Positions 9,252 to 18,876 of a stretch of 32,000 nucleotides of DNA are shown one piece after another. Location of the stretch: the NCBI RefSeq assembly GCF_020885515.1, contig NZ_AP024987.1:1140001-1172000 (forward strand), given 5' to 3'. Made by a program: the position numbers and the translations under genes. This DNA comes from a cyanobacterium endosymbiont of Braarudosphaera bigelowii. GTDB lineage: Bacteria; Cyanobacteriota; Cyanobacteriia; Cyanobacteriales; Microcystaceae. Below the pieces are notes generated by a model. It did not search any database and was not told the origin of the DNA. It saw only the letters and a program-made list of their open reading frames with translations. Positions within the stretch are counted from its first letter, which is position 1. Each line of letters begins with the position of its first letter.

Positions 9252-10415
9252 ATGGGTCGTGTTGGGGTTTTATTACTAAACTTGGGTGGACCAGAGCAAT
9301 TAAAAGATGTTCGTCCTTTTCTCTTTAATTTATTTTCTGATCCAGATATTGTGCGCCTACCTTTTCCGTGGCTACAAAAACCTTTGGCTTGGTTTATTTC
9401 TGTTTTAAGAACCAACAAATCTCAAAATAACTATCGTCAAATTGGAGGAGGTTCTCCATTAAGAAAAATAACAGAGGCTCAGGGAAAAGCTCTTGCTAAA
9501 AAATTTGCAGAATGTGGACAAAAAATAGATGTTCACATAGGAATGCGATATTGGTATCCTTTTACAGAAGAAGCTATCAATGATATTAAGCATGATTGTC
9601 CGGATAAATTAGTGATTCTCCCTTTGTATCCACAATTCTCAATAAGTACAAGCGGTTCTAGTTTTCGCATCCTTGAAAAAATATGGCAAACCGATCCTGT
9701 ATTAAGGCAAATTGAATATACTTTAATACCTTCTTGGTATGATAACCCGAATTACTTGAAAGCTATGGCTGACTTAATTATCAAAGAATTGAATAAGTGC
9801 TCTAATCCGGAACAAGTACATATATTCTTTAGTGCTCATGGTGTACCACAAAGCTATGTAGAGGAAGCTGGAGATCCTTACCAAGCAGAAATTGAAGCTT
9901 GTACTCATTTGTTAATGAGTACAATTAATCGTTCAAATGCTTATACATTAGCCTATCAAAGCAAAGTTGGTCCAGTAGAATGGTTAAAACCATATGCTGA
10001 AGATGCTCTCCAAGCATTGGGAAAGCAAGGGATAAAAGACTTACTAGTAGTTCCTATCAGTTTTGTTTCTGAACATATTGAAACTCTTCAAGAAATTGAC
10101 ATTGAATATCGTGAAGCTGCTGAAAAAGCGGGGATTTATAATTTCTCTAGAGTTCCAGCCTTAAATACTCATCCCATTTTTATAGATGCTTTAGCAGAAT
10201 TAGTTATTCATTCTTTAGAAAAGCCCCCAGTTACTTTTAAATGTATAACTCATCCAAGGGAAAATATAGTAATATATCCTAAAAAATCTTGGCAATGGGG
10301 TATAACAAATACTGCAGAGATATGGAATGGTAGATTAGCTATGTTAGGATTTATTGGTCTTTTGGTTGAATTAATAAGTGGACATGGTATCTTGCATTAT
10401 CTAAAAATATTATAG
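9252..10415 (+). CDS. hemH: Ferrochelatase with the C-terminal CAB/Hlip-like transmembrane helix (cyanobacterial type)
   Basis: 387 aa with [18 protein letters not shown] and VSEHIETL. The C-terminal [23 protein letters not shown] matches the chlorophyll a/b-binding motif seen in cyanobacterial and plant-type II ferrochelatases. Confidence 0.95.
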   Translation: MGRVGVLLLNLGGPEQLKDVRPFLFNLFSDPDIVRLPFPWLQKPLAWFISVLRTNKSQNNYRQIGGGSPLRKITEAQGKALAKKFAECGQKIDVHIGMRYWYPFTEEAINDIKHDCPDKLVILPLYPQFSISTSGSSFRILEKIWQTDPVLRQIEYTLIPSWYDNPNYLKAMADLIIKELNKCSNPEQVHIFFSAHGVPQSYVEEAGDPYQAEIEACTHLLMSTINRSNAYTLAYQSKVGPVEWLKPYAEDALQALGKQGIKDLLVVPISFVSEHIETLQEIDIEYREAAEKAGIYNFSRVPALNTHPIFIDALAELVIHSLEKPPVTFKCITHPRENIVIYPKKSWQWGITNTAEIWNGRLAMLGFIGLLVELISGHGILHYLKIL

Positions 10416-10497
10416 AAAAATATACTATCTATTGCCTATTCTCTAGTTAAGTCAATAATACAAATCGTTTTCTTTTATTACTCTTATATTTCCATAA

Positions 10498-11385
10498 CTA
10501 ATATATATTGTTTGTAATTATTCCTGCTAGGAGTATCAACCCTAGATATACATTTTCTTTAAAAATTTGTTCATATACTTCTTGTGAAACATCTGGAGAT
10601 CTTAAGAGAATGCATTGCTTAAACCACATTCCTGAAGCTATAGTCCATGCTACCCAGAAGCAAAAATTTAGTTTCATAATTATTGCTAAATAAGCCCAAA
10701 GAAGTGCTGTCAAAGCAAAAATATAAGTTATTACACTTTCTACATATCGACCAAAAAATAGAGCGCTGGAATTGATGCCAATTTTTCTATCATCTTCTCT
10801 ATCAGACATTGCGTAAACTGTATCAAAACCTAATGTCCAGCAAACAGTTATTCCCCATAAAATAAAAGTATGAAATTCAAGTTTTTGAGTTACTGCAGTC
10901 CAGCTAATGAGAACTGCAAATCCCCAAGATAAAGATAAAATCAACTGAGGAATTGGAAAAAATTTTTTTGCCAAAGGATAGCAAACAATGAATGGTACGG
11001 CCAAGATACATAACCAGAAACTTAAAGTATTTAAATAAAGAGATAAAACTAGTGCACATGTTAAAGAAATAAAAGCAGTTACAATACCAACTTTAATAGA
11101 TAAAGTACGTGATGCAAGAGGACGATTTTTAGTTCTCTTTACTTGAGGATCAATATTTCTATCCCAAAGATCATTAATAACGCAACCTGCTGAACTAGTA
11201 GATAAAGATCCTAGTATGATAATTAGGATCAAAGATGGTGGAGGAAAATCACGTGATGCCAAAAAGACTGCCCATAGGGCAGGAATCATTAAAATTAATC
11301 TTCCTGTAGGCTTATTCCACCTTAATAGCTGAATAATAGCTAACCAAGTAGATTTTGTTGTAAGCAAAAATTGAGGATTTGACAT
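10498..11385 (-). CDS. ubiA: UbiA-family 4-hydroxybenzoate polyprenyl (solanesyl) transferase, probable plastoquinone biosynthesis
   Basis: 295 aa and multi-TM. The motif NDLWDRNIDPQVKRTKNRPLASR matches the 4-HB prenyltransferase signature (E. coli NDxxDRxxDxxVKRTxNRPL) rather than the ChlG or HPT signatures. A second Asp-rich motif, YAMSDREDD, is also present. Confidence 0.85.
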   Translation of the reverse strand: MSNPQFLLTTKSTWLAIIQLLRWNKPTGRLILMIPALWAVFLASRDFPPPSLILIIILGSLSTSSAGCVINDLWDRNIDPQVKRTKNRPLASRTLSIKVGIVTAFISLTCALVLSLYLNTLSFWLCILAVPFIVCYPLAKKFFPIPQLILSLSWGFAVLISWTAVTQKLEFHTFILWGITVCWTLGFDTVYAMSDREDDRKIGINSSALFFGRYVESVITYIFALTALLWAYLAIIMKLNFCFWVAWTIASGMWFKQCILLRSPDVSQEVYEQIFKENVYLGLILLAGIITNNIY

Positions 11386-11797
11386 ATTATTGAAATCTGA
11401 TGCTATTATTTTTTATGGAAATTATTATAAATATAAATCAAAAATTAAAATATAGGAAAATAGTTTTTTACATCTAAAAAATAATTTTATCTTGATAAAA
11501 TACAAAATCTTTTTAGGTTAATATTATTTACAAGTTCTTTATTTTGATAAAGATTGGCAAAATCAAATGGTTTCTTTCGAAGAAGATGATTTTTAAAAAT
11601 ATAAATACCACTATATAAGACACTAAATTTAACAAGATCTTAATCTAAATTATTAATGTGATATCTACGATATTAATAATAATTCATTATCTGTTTTTTT
11701 CAAGAATATATTAATATATGCTTAATTGATTTGTAATTTGTTGTACTTGAATTAAAAAAGTCCTAATAAAAAATAAGTGTTTATCAAATGAGTTAAG

Positions 11798-14239
11798 ATG
11801 ATCTCTAAAAGTTCTTATTGGGTTTGTTTAGACAAGGCCTTGTCAATTGAGGTAGAAAGAGGATTTATTAATACACAAGGTGAGCAGTATCAGTTTAGTG
11901 AATATTTATGCCTCAACTTTGGCGAACTACCACCTATTAAAACATCTAATAACCAAAGACAACGCTGGCTAAAATTTGCTTCACAATATGCTATTTATCC
12001 TAAATTAACTTTATCTCAAAGAAGGCAGTTAATTGTTCAAACTCGTCAGTTCTTACATAATCTGAAACAAGATTTTAAGATACCTGTCAAACACCCCCAT
12101 CCCAAACAACCCAAAACAAGTAATTTAATTGATATAAAATCTATATTACGTTACGAGCTCAATTTAGAACAACATTTAAGTACTGTAAAAGAAATAAGTT
12201 TTCGAAAAATAGGATTATTACAAAAAATAGGATTAGATACAGTCAGAGATCTATTATTTTATTATCCTAGAGACTATATTAACTATGCTCGCCAAGTAAC
12301 AATTTCAAATATCAAAGAAGGAGAAACTGTCACCATAGTTGGAAGAGTGAAAAAATGTAATTTTTTTACTAGTTCTAAAAATAAAAAATTGAGTATTTTA
12401 GAATTAGTTTTGCAAGACCATACAGGAGAAATAAGATTAAATAGATTTTTTTCAGGTAATAGGTTTACTAATAAAGGATGGCAGGAAAAACAAAAAAAAA
12501 ATTATATTCGGTCTACAATCATAGCAGTATCTGGATTAGTTAAACAAAATCGTTATGGCTTAACTTTAGATAATCCGGAAATGGAAATCTTAGATAATTT
12601 TAATACAAGTATTGAATCTTTGAATATAGCCCGTATTTTACCTGTATATTCTTTGACAGAAGGAATCGATAATAGTTTTTTTCGTAAAATTATTATTATT
12701 AATTTAAAATCTGCTCAAACAATATTAGATCCTTTACCAATATCACTTAAGAGTAAATATGATTTAATGGACTTAAAGGATGCTCTAATTAATATTCATT
12801 TTCCAAAAAGTCTGGATTTTTTAGAACGTGCAAGACGACGCTTAATATTTGATGATTTCTTTTATTTACAGTTAGGGTTTTTAAAACGTCGACAAGAAAG
12901 AAAAAGATTACAAAATATTAATTCTTTTACACCTAATAAATATCTTACTCATCAATTTAATAAAGTTTTACCTTTTCAACTAACAAAATCTCAAAAAAGG
13001 GTAATTAATGAAATAATTAAAGATCTAGAATCATTACAATCAATGAATCGTCTTTTACAAGGAGATGTTGGGTCAGGAAAAACTATTGTTGCAATTTTTG
13101 CGATATTGACTGTTGTAGAGTCTGGATATCAGGTTGCTTTAATGGCTCCAACAGAGGTTTTGGCAGAACAGCATTATAAAAAAATAATATTGTACTTTAA
13201 TCAATTATGTCTATCTGCTGAATTATTAACAGGATCTACAAAAAAATCTAAAAGACATGAGATTTATCGTCAATTAATTACAGGTGAATTACCATTGCTT
13301 GTAGGAACTCATGCGTTAATACAAGAGCAAATAAAATTCAAGAAACTAGGCCTTGTTGTTATTGATGAGCAACATAAGTTTGGCGTAGAACAACGAAATA
13401 AACTTCTAAATAAAGGTAAATATCCTCATGTTTTAAGTATGACAGCAACTCCTATTCCACGTACTCTTGCTTTAACCTTGCATGGAGACTTAGATATAAG
13501 TCAAATTGACGAATTGCCTCCTGAAAGAAAAGCTATAGAAACTAAAGTTTTAATAGGAAGTCAAAAACAGAGAGCTTATGACCTAATAAAAAAAGAAGTT
13601 AGTCAAGGAAGACAAGCTTATATAGTTTTTCCCATGATTGAAGAATCTGAAAAATTAGATATAAAAGCTGCAATAGAAGAACATAAAAAACTTTCAGAAG
13701 AAATTTTTCCTATCTTTAATATTGGCTTATTGCATGGAAGAATAAATCCTTTGGAAAAAAATAAAGTTTTAAATGATTTTCGTGAAAATAGGTATCAAAT
13801 CATGGTTTCAACAACCGTTATAGAGGTCGGAGTCGATATCCCCAATGCAACAGTAATGTTAATTGAAAATGCAGAAAGATTTGGATTATCTCAGTTACAT
13901 CAATTGAGAGGAAGAGTTGGTAGAAGTAGTTTTAAATCTTATTGCTTTTTAATTACTAGCAGTAAAACTCCTAATATATTACAGAAATTAGGCGTATTAG
14001 AACAGTCTCAAGACGGTTTTTTTATATCAGAAATGGATTTAAAACTTCGTGGGCCAGGAACTATTTTAGGAACTCGTCAATCTGGATTACCAGATTTTGC
14101 CTTAGCAAGCTTAACAGACAATAAAGAAATTCTTGAATTATCAAAATTAATAGCTGAAAGAATAATATTATCAGACGTCAAACTAAATAGTTTTCCACTT
14201 TTAAAAGGAGAATTAGAATACCGAAGTATTAGACTATAA
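11798..14239 (+). CDS. recG: ATP-dependent DNA helicase RecG (with the long cyanobacterial N-terminal extension)
   Basis: 813 aa. There is a wedge/OB region, then helicase motifs LLQGDVGSGKT, DEQHKFGV, MTATPIPRTL and LHQLRGRVGR, and a C-terminal TRG-like RGPG..G.RQSG. Confidence 0.93.
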   Translation: MISKSSYWVCLDKALSIEVERGFINTQGEQYQFSEYLCLNFGELPPIKTSNNQRQRWLKFASQYAIYPKLTLSQRRQLIVQTRQFLHNLKQDFKIPVKHPHPKQPKTSNLIDIKSILRYELNLEQHLSTVKEISFRKIGLLQKIGLDTVRDLLFYYPRDYINYARQVTISNIKEGETVTIVGRVKKCNFFTSSKNKKLSILELVLQDHTGEIRLNRFFSGNRFTNKGWQEKQKKNYIRSTIIAVSGLVKQNRYGLTLDNPEMEILDNFNTSIESLNIARILPVYSLTEGIDNSFFRKIIIINLKSAQTILDPLPISLKSKYDLMDLKDALINIHFPKSLDFLERARRRLIFDDFFYLQLGFLKRRQERKRLQNINSFTPNKYLTHQFNKVLPFQLTKSQKRVINEIIKDLESLQSMNRLLQGDVGSGKTIVAIFAILTVVESGYQVALMAPTEVLAEQHYKKIILYFNQLCLSAELLTGSTKKSKRHEIYRQLITGELPLLVGTHALIQEQIKFKKLGLVVIDEQHKFGVEQRNKLLNKGKYPHVLSMTATPIPRTLALTLHGDLDISQIDELPPERKAIETKVLIGSQKQRAYDLIKKEVSQGRQAYIVFPMIEESEKLDIKAAIEEHKKLSEEIFPIFNIGLLHGRINPLEKNKVLNDFRENRYQIMVSTTVIEVGVDIPNATVMLIENAERFGLSQLHQLRGRVGRSSFKSYCFLITSSKTPNILQKLGVLEQSQDGFFISEMDLKLRGPGTILGTRQSGLPDFALASLTDNKEILELSKLIAERIILSDVKLNSFPLLKGELEYRSIRL

Positions 14240-14621
14240 AGAATACTTAGTCTATAGGTAATTATAGCTATCTAACTAGCTCATTTTGCAAAATATCTAA
14301 AGTCAATAGAAACTAAAAAACTTTTGTAAATTAAGGATAGTTTTCATTAAAATTATTTTTAATTTTAATCAGAATACGACCTAGCTTAATCTTTCCTACG
14401 ACTAATATTTTTTGTTTTTTTTGACAATACTATAAGAGCTAGCCAACATTTAAATATACTTTATGCTAGCATTTGAAAAAAGTTTTCATATATGTTTTGT
14501 TTAACCTTTGTTAATATAAATTTTATATTTGTCAAATAAACTTTTTTAAAAGCAAAACTATAATTATTTTCAATTTTAAGTTTGAATGTTTTGAGGCAAG
14601 AGTAGAGGATAAAATAAAATT

Positions 14622-15722
14622 ATGATTATGAGTACAACAAGTGATGTTATTGTCATTGGTGGTGGCATCATTGGGATGTCTATCGCGATTGATCTTAAGT
14701 TACAAGGTATATCTGTTACTGTATGTAATAAAAATTTTCCTCAATCAGCTTCCCCTGCAGCAGCAGGGATGTTAGCTCCTTATGCTGAAAAGTTATTGCC
14801 AGGCCCTTTACTAGATCTGTGCTTAAAATCTCGCTGGTTGTATCCTAACTGGATACAAAAAATCCAAAATTTTACTAATTTAGATTTACGATATGAACAT
14901 TGCGGGTCACTCGCTCCAGTTTATGATATCTCTCAAAACAGAGTCTCCCAAAACTCTGTAGGTCAATGGTTAGACGAAAAAAGTATCCATCTCTATCAAC
15001 CAGGATTAGGAAGTGATGTAAAAGGTGGCTGGTTATATCCTGACGATGGACAAGTAGATAACCGACAATTGCTACATGGTATTTATCAGGTAGCTAGAAC
15101 TTTAGGAGTTGATATTAAGAATGAGGTAGCTGTTCATAGTTTGCTTAGCAAGCGAAACAAAATTATTGGAATATCTACAAATAAAGGTAAGTTTGAAGCT
15201 AGTACTTATATCGTAGCAGGTGGAGCATGGATTAATAAATTCTTAATCGTGCCTGTTCGTCCTCTTAAAGGACAAATGCTTGCTGTAAAGATACCTAAAC
15301 AATATCTTTTACAAAAAATATTATACGGGACGCAAGTATATCTAGTACCACGTAAGAATAGAAACTTAATTATCGGAGCTACCTCAGAAGATATAGGATG
15401 GACATCTGGTAACTCGTCTAAAGGAATAGAAAAACTAATTAAAGAATCAATAAAACTTTTTCCAGATATAGTTAATTGGCCAATTCAAGAATTTTGGTGG
15501 GGATATCGTCCCGTAACTCCTGATAAATTACCTATTTTGGGCTATTATAATTATGATAATCTAATTGTTGCTACAGGACATTATCGGAATGGAATTCTCC
15601 TTGCTCCTATAACAGCTTCTTTGATTTCAGAGTTAGTAATTAACAAAAGAAATGATCCACTTCTGAGAAATTTTAGTGGTGATCGATTTAAGAATGAATC
15701 TTTTTCTCTCCAACATTTATGA
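14622..15722 (+). CDS. thiO: Glycine oxidase ThiO (FAD-dependent, thiazole biosynthesis)
   Basis: 366 aa with the N-terminal dinucleotide fold [17 protein letters not shown], a DAO-family body and [11 protein letters not shown] near the C-terminus. It is directly coupled to thiG by an ATGA overlap. Confidence 0.85.
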   Translation: MIMSTTSDVIVIGGGIIGMSIAIDLKLQGISVTVCNKNFPQSASPAAAGMLAPYAEKLLPGPLLDLCLKSRWLYPNWIQKIQNFTNLDLRYEHCGSLAPVYDISQNRVSQNSVGQWLDEKSIHLYQPGLGSDVKGGWLYPDDGQVDNRQLLHGIYQVARTLGVDIKNEVAVHSLLSKRNKIIGISTNKGKFEASTYIVAGGAWINKFLIVPVRPLKGQMLAVKIPKQYLLQKILYGTQVYLVPRKNRNLIIGATSEDIGWTSGNSSKGIEKLIKESIKLFPDIVNWPIQEFWWGYRPVTPDKLPILGYYNYDNLIVATGHYRNGILLAPITASLISELVINKRNDPLLRNFSGDRFKNESFSLQHL

Positions 15723-16567
15723 CTTTTCCTAAATCTATTAATGCTACCGTTTATAGTAAAAACACTTTGCCTTCTGATGAACTAATTATAGCTAATCGTA
15801 AATTTAGTTCACGTTTAATGACAGGAACAGGCAAGTATTCTAGTATTCCCCTTATGCAAAAATGTATAGTAGCTAGTAACTGCGAAATTGTGACAGTTGC
15901 AGTCAGAAGAGTACAGACTGAAGCTCCTGGTCATAAAGGACTCGCAGAATCCATAGATTGGACGAAGATATGGATGTTACCAAATACAGCAGGTTGTAAA
16001 ACAGGAGATGAAGCTATTAGAGTCGCAAGATTGGGTAGGGAAATGGCTAAGCTACTAGGTCAGGAGGATAACAACTTTGTTAAATTGGAAGTTATACCTG
16101 ATCCTAAGTATTTATTGCCTGATCCCATTGAAACTTTAAATGCAGCCATACAGTTAGTTAAAGAAGGGTTTGCTGTACTGCCGTATATTAATGCTGATCC
16201 TATTTTGGCGAAACGACTAGAGGAAATAGGGTGTGTTACTCTTATGCCTTTAGGATCACCAATAGGTTCAGGGCAAGGTATTCGGAATCAGGCTAATATA
16301 TCAATCATAGTGGCAGAAGCCAATATACCTGTCATTATAGATGCTGGGATAGGATCTCCTAGCCAAGCATCTCAGGCCATGGAAATGGGTGCCGATGCTG
16401 TTCTTGTCAATAGTGCGATCGCACTGTCTCAAGATCCTTTATATATGGCTGAAGCTATGGGACTAGCAACAAGAGCAGGGAGATTAGCTTACTTAGGAGG
16501 ACGTATGCCTATAAAATATTATGCAGAAGCTAGTTCTCCTTTAACTGGTACAATTACTTCAATCTAA
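15719..16567 (+). CDS. thiG: Thiazole synthase ThiG
   Basis: 282 aa with [38 protein letters not shown] and DAGIG.PS.A..AME.GADAVL.NSAIA. The start ATG (15719..15721) overlaps the thiO stop TGA (15720..15722). Confidence 0.93.
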   Translation: MTFPKSINATVYSKNTLPSDELIIANRKFSSRLMTGTGKYSSIPLMQKCIVASNCEIVTVAVRRVQTEAPGHKGLAESIDWTKIWMLPNTAGCKTGDEAIRVARLGREMAKLLGQEDNNFVKLEVIPDPKYLLPDPIETLNAAIQLVKEGFAVLPYINADPILAKRLEEIGCVTLMPLGSPIGSGQGIRNQANISIIVAEANIPVIIDAGIGSPSQASQAMEMGADAVLVNSAIALSQDPLYMAEAMGLATRAGRLAYLGGRMPIKYYAEASSPLTGTITSI

Positions 16568-16626
16568 CCATAACTTTAATTTAAAGAATCTATCTATAAT
16601 AAATTTCTGATTGTCAAATAATTAGA

Positions 16627-17862
16627 TTATGGCTCTATCCAGCGTCCATCTTCTTTAATTAATTTAATTAGCTCTTCTACACCTTTATCTTCTGGTACCT
16701 TTTTAATTTCTTCTTGCCCACGATATAAAGATATATATCCAGCTTGTTTTCCCACATATCCATAATCTGCATCAGCCATCTCTCCAGGACCATTTACAAT
16801 GCAACCCATTACAGCAATATCTAAGCCCGTAAGATGTTGGGTTGCATTACGTACTTTATGTAGAACATTTTCCAAGTTAAATAAAGTACGACCACAAGAT
16901 GGACAAGCAATATACTCTACCATAGTCTTACGTAATCCCAATGATTGGAGAATACCGTAGCAAACAGGAATTTCTTTCTCAGGAGACTCAGTTAAAGATA
17001 CACGAAGAGTATCTCCTATTGACTCTGCTAAAAGTGTTGCTATACCAGCAGTTGATTTAATGCGACCATACTCTCCATCACCAGCTTCTGTGACTCCTAA
17101 ATGCAATGGATAATCCATACCTAGTTCATTCATGCGCTGAACCATTAATCGATAAGCTGCTAACATAGTAGGTACTCGAGATGCTTTCAAGGAAACTACT
17201 ATATTGTAGAATTCTAAGGATTCACAAATACGAATAAATTCTAGCGCAGATTCAACCATGCCTAAAGGAGTATCACCATAAGTAAATAGCATTCTTTCTG
17301 CTAAAGATCCATGGTTAACACCAATTCTCATGGCTTTCCCTTGATCTCTTAATGAGATAATTAGAGGCTCTAAAGTTTTTCGTATTTTTTCCCCAATTTC
17401 TTCAAATTCCTTTTGACTATAGCCATCACGATCTATATTGTGTTTTTCGAATACATATAGTCCTGGATTAATTCGAACTTTATCAACATGTTTGGCTACT
17501 TCTAAAGCTATCTTTAAACCATTATGATGTACATCGGCAACTAAAGGTACAGGTTGATAAACTTGACTTAGTCTTTGTTTAATTTCCGCTAATGCTCTAG
17601 CATGAGCCATGCTAGGTACTGTAACCCTGACAATTTCACAACCAATCTCATGTAACTTACGGATAGCATTAACAGAACTTTCAACATCAAGCGTATCTTC
17701 ATTTATCATCGACTGTACAACAATGGGGAAACCTCCTCCAATAGTTATGTTCCCGACTTTAACTGGACGAGTCTGGCGACGATGAATTGTAGTATCAATT
17801 TCTTGTTTAGAAACATTTTCGATGATTTTAGAGGTTTCTAAAGTATCCATAGTTAATAACAT
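16627..17862 (-). CDS. ispG: 4-hydroxy-3-methylbut-2-en-1-yl diphosphate synthase (ferredoxin), IspG/GcpE, MEP pathway
   Basis: 411 aa with [32 protein letters not shown], and the CPSCGRT plus GC.VNGPGE Fe-S cluster motifs. Confidence 0.95.
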   Translation of the reverse strand: MLLTMDTLETSKIIENVSKQEIDTTIHRRQTRPVKVGNITIGGGFPIVVQSMINEDTLDVESSVNAIRKLHEIGCEIVRVTVPSMAHARALAEIKQRLSQVYQPVPLVADVHHNGLKIALEVAKHVDKVRINPGLYVFEKHNIDRDGYSQKEFEEIGEKIRKTLEPLIISLRDQGKAMRIGVNHGSLAERMLFTYGDTPLGMVESALEFIRICESLEFYNIVVSLKASRVPTMLAAYRLMVQRMNELGMDYPLHLGVTEAGDGEYGRIKSTAGIATLLAESIGDTLRVSLTESPEKEIPVCYGILQSLGLRKTMVEYIACPSCGRTLFNLENVLHKVRNATQHLTGLDIAVMGCIVNGPGEMADADYGYVGKQAGYISLYRGQEEIKKVPEDKGVEELIKLIKEDGRWIEP

Positions 17863-18066
17863 TTAACGTACTAAATAATAATAAAGCAAAAGTAATATGC
17901 ACTTAGATATTGCATATATTTTAACCTAGCTATTTTATAAAAAGAAATATTAGCCTTGATCATCCTATCCGATTAATAGTTAATCTGTTGTAACTCAATA
18001 TTAAATTAATATAAAAATTATTTCTATAGCTAAGCTGCTTACATAAAGTTATAAAAACAAAACGAA

Positions 18067-18153
18067 CGGAGAGGGAGGGATTCGAACCCTCGATAGGCGT
18101 TAACCTATAACTTCTTAGCAGGAAGCCGCTTTCAACCGCTCAGCCACCTCTCC
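18067..18153 (-). tRNA. tRNA-Ser (anticodon GCU), class II with long variable arm, no encoded CCA
   Basis: The reverse complement folds as acceptor GGAGAGG/CCTCTCC, D-arm GCTGAGCGGTTGAAAGC, anticodon stem GCTTC/GAAGT with loop CTGCTAA, variable arm ATAGG-ttaacg-CCTAT, T-arm GAGGG-TTCGAAT-CCCTC, discriminator G. Confidence 0.9.
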
Positions 18154-18269
18154 AGGATACAATAATCAATGATAGCAGATAAATAGTTTTTTAGGGTAAT
18201 ATTTTGATAATGTATTTTCTTATTTTTTTTTTTATTAAGTATTACAACATCATTATAGGACCCAGCCTC

Positions 18270-18297
18270 TTCACCTTTTACGATTAAAGAGTATAGT
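18270..18297 (+). promoter_or_regulatory. Candidate sigma70-type promoter of psaK (-35 TTCACC, 16-nt spacer, -10 TATAGT)
   Basis: TTCACC at 18270..18275 and TATAGT at 18292..18297. A purine-rich SD-like cagggggac lies 6-8 nt before the psaK ATG. Hexamer calls in such AT-rich DNA are weak evidence. Confidence 0.3.
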
Positions 18298-18319
18298 TAT
18301 TTTTTCAGGGGGACAAGTT

Positions 18320-18586
18320 ATGTATTCTACTCTTATGCTAGTAGCTACAATTCCTACTACTGTGGAATGGAGTCCAAAAGTAGCATCTATAATGATTGCT
18401 TGTAATATTTTAGCCATAGTAATAACTAAGTTAGTTATTGGTGAATCTAGTAAAGAAACACGTTTACCTCAATTTTCAGAAATGTTTGGTCATCTTAATA
18501 TTGGTGCAATATTAGGAGCAACGAGTCTTGGCCATATTATAGGCGTAGGAATGATTTTAGGTATTGCTAGTACAGGCATGTTATAG
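18320..18586 (+). CDS. psaK: Photosystem I reaction centre subunit PsaK
   Basis: 88 aa with two TM helices. WSPKVASIMIACNILAI and LGATSLGHIIGVGMILG closely match Synechocystis PsaK as I recall it (WSPKVAGVMIACNILAI ... GTASFGHILGAGVILG). Confidence 0.88.
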   Translation: MYSTLMLVATIPTTVEWSPKVASIMIACNILAIVITKLVIGESSKETRLPQFSEMFGHLNIGAILGATSLGHIIGVGMILGIASTGML

Positions 18587-18618
18587 AGATAAAAACCTCT
18601 AATAACTGACATAATACT

Positions 18619-18662
18619 AAGGGTGATATGGTTAAAAAGCTATTTTTAACCATATCACCCTT
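18619..18662 (+). terminator. Rho-independent terminator of psaK (perfect 20-bp stem, 4-nt loop, T-run)
   Basis: aagggtgatatggttaaaaa (18619..18638), loop gcta, tttttaaccatatcaccctt (18643..18662), running into ccCTTTTaat. It lies 33 nt after the psaK stop. Confidence 0.75.
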
Positions 18663-18772
18663 TTAATAAGTTTTAAACAAAAATATTTTTCTTGTTTAAG
18701 TTCTACATATCAATAAGAAGTCTAGTAAATATAAAATAGCTACTAAATAACTATTTTTTACCAATAAATACC

Positions 18773-18850
18773 ATTTACAGTTTTATTGTATACAATAAAA
18801 CTGTAAATAAAATAGATAGCATATATTTATGCTATCTATTTTATTTACAG
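18773..18850. repeat. Two overlapping long perfect palindromes (a 36-bp loop-less palindrome and a 23-bp-stem hairpin) that share 8 nt, 27 nt upstream of the helicase start
   Basis: Palindrome A is atttacagttttattgta|tacaataaaactgtaaat (18773..18808). Hairpin B is ctgtaaataaaatagatagcata (18801..18823), loop tatt, tatgctatctattttatttacag (18828..18850). The octamer ATTTACAG occurs at 18773 and 18843, and its complement at 18801. Confidence 0.6.
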
Positions 18851-18876
18851 CTGAAGATTTACAATAATGCTATAGA

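Noticed and set aside
9221-9418. 65-aa ORF on the minus strand
   Set aside because: It lies antisense to, and almost wholly inside, the well-supported hemH 5' region. Its composition is K/R/S-rich with no motif. It is a shadow ORF.
10508-10693. 61-aa ORF on the plus strand
   Set aside because: It is entirely antisense within the UbiA-type prenyltransferase gene and has no recognisable motif. It is a shadow ORF.
11525-11532. Shared motif tatttaca upstream of recG and in the helicase-upstream palindromes, considered as a common repair-gene operator
   Set aside because: It is only an 8-nt A/T-rich match, which is expected by chance in DNA of this composition.
14240-14621. Possible TPP (THI-box) riboswitch upstream of thiO-thiG
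   Set aside because: I looked for the conserved CTGAGA and ACCTGATCTGGATAATGCCAGCG-like core and found nothing similar. The spacer is almost pure A/T with no G/C-rich helices.
16415-16422. HIP1 octamer GCGATCGC
   Set aside because: This is a single occurrence inside thiG coding sequence. It is consistent with cyanobacterial ancestry but is not a feature in itself.
18785-18796. LexA/SOS box in the centre of the palindrome upstream of the helicase
   Set aside because: The centre reads ttgtatacaa. It does not fit the cyanobacterial LexA consensus I remember (RGTAC-N3-DGTWCB).
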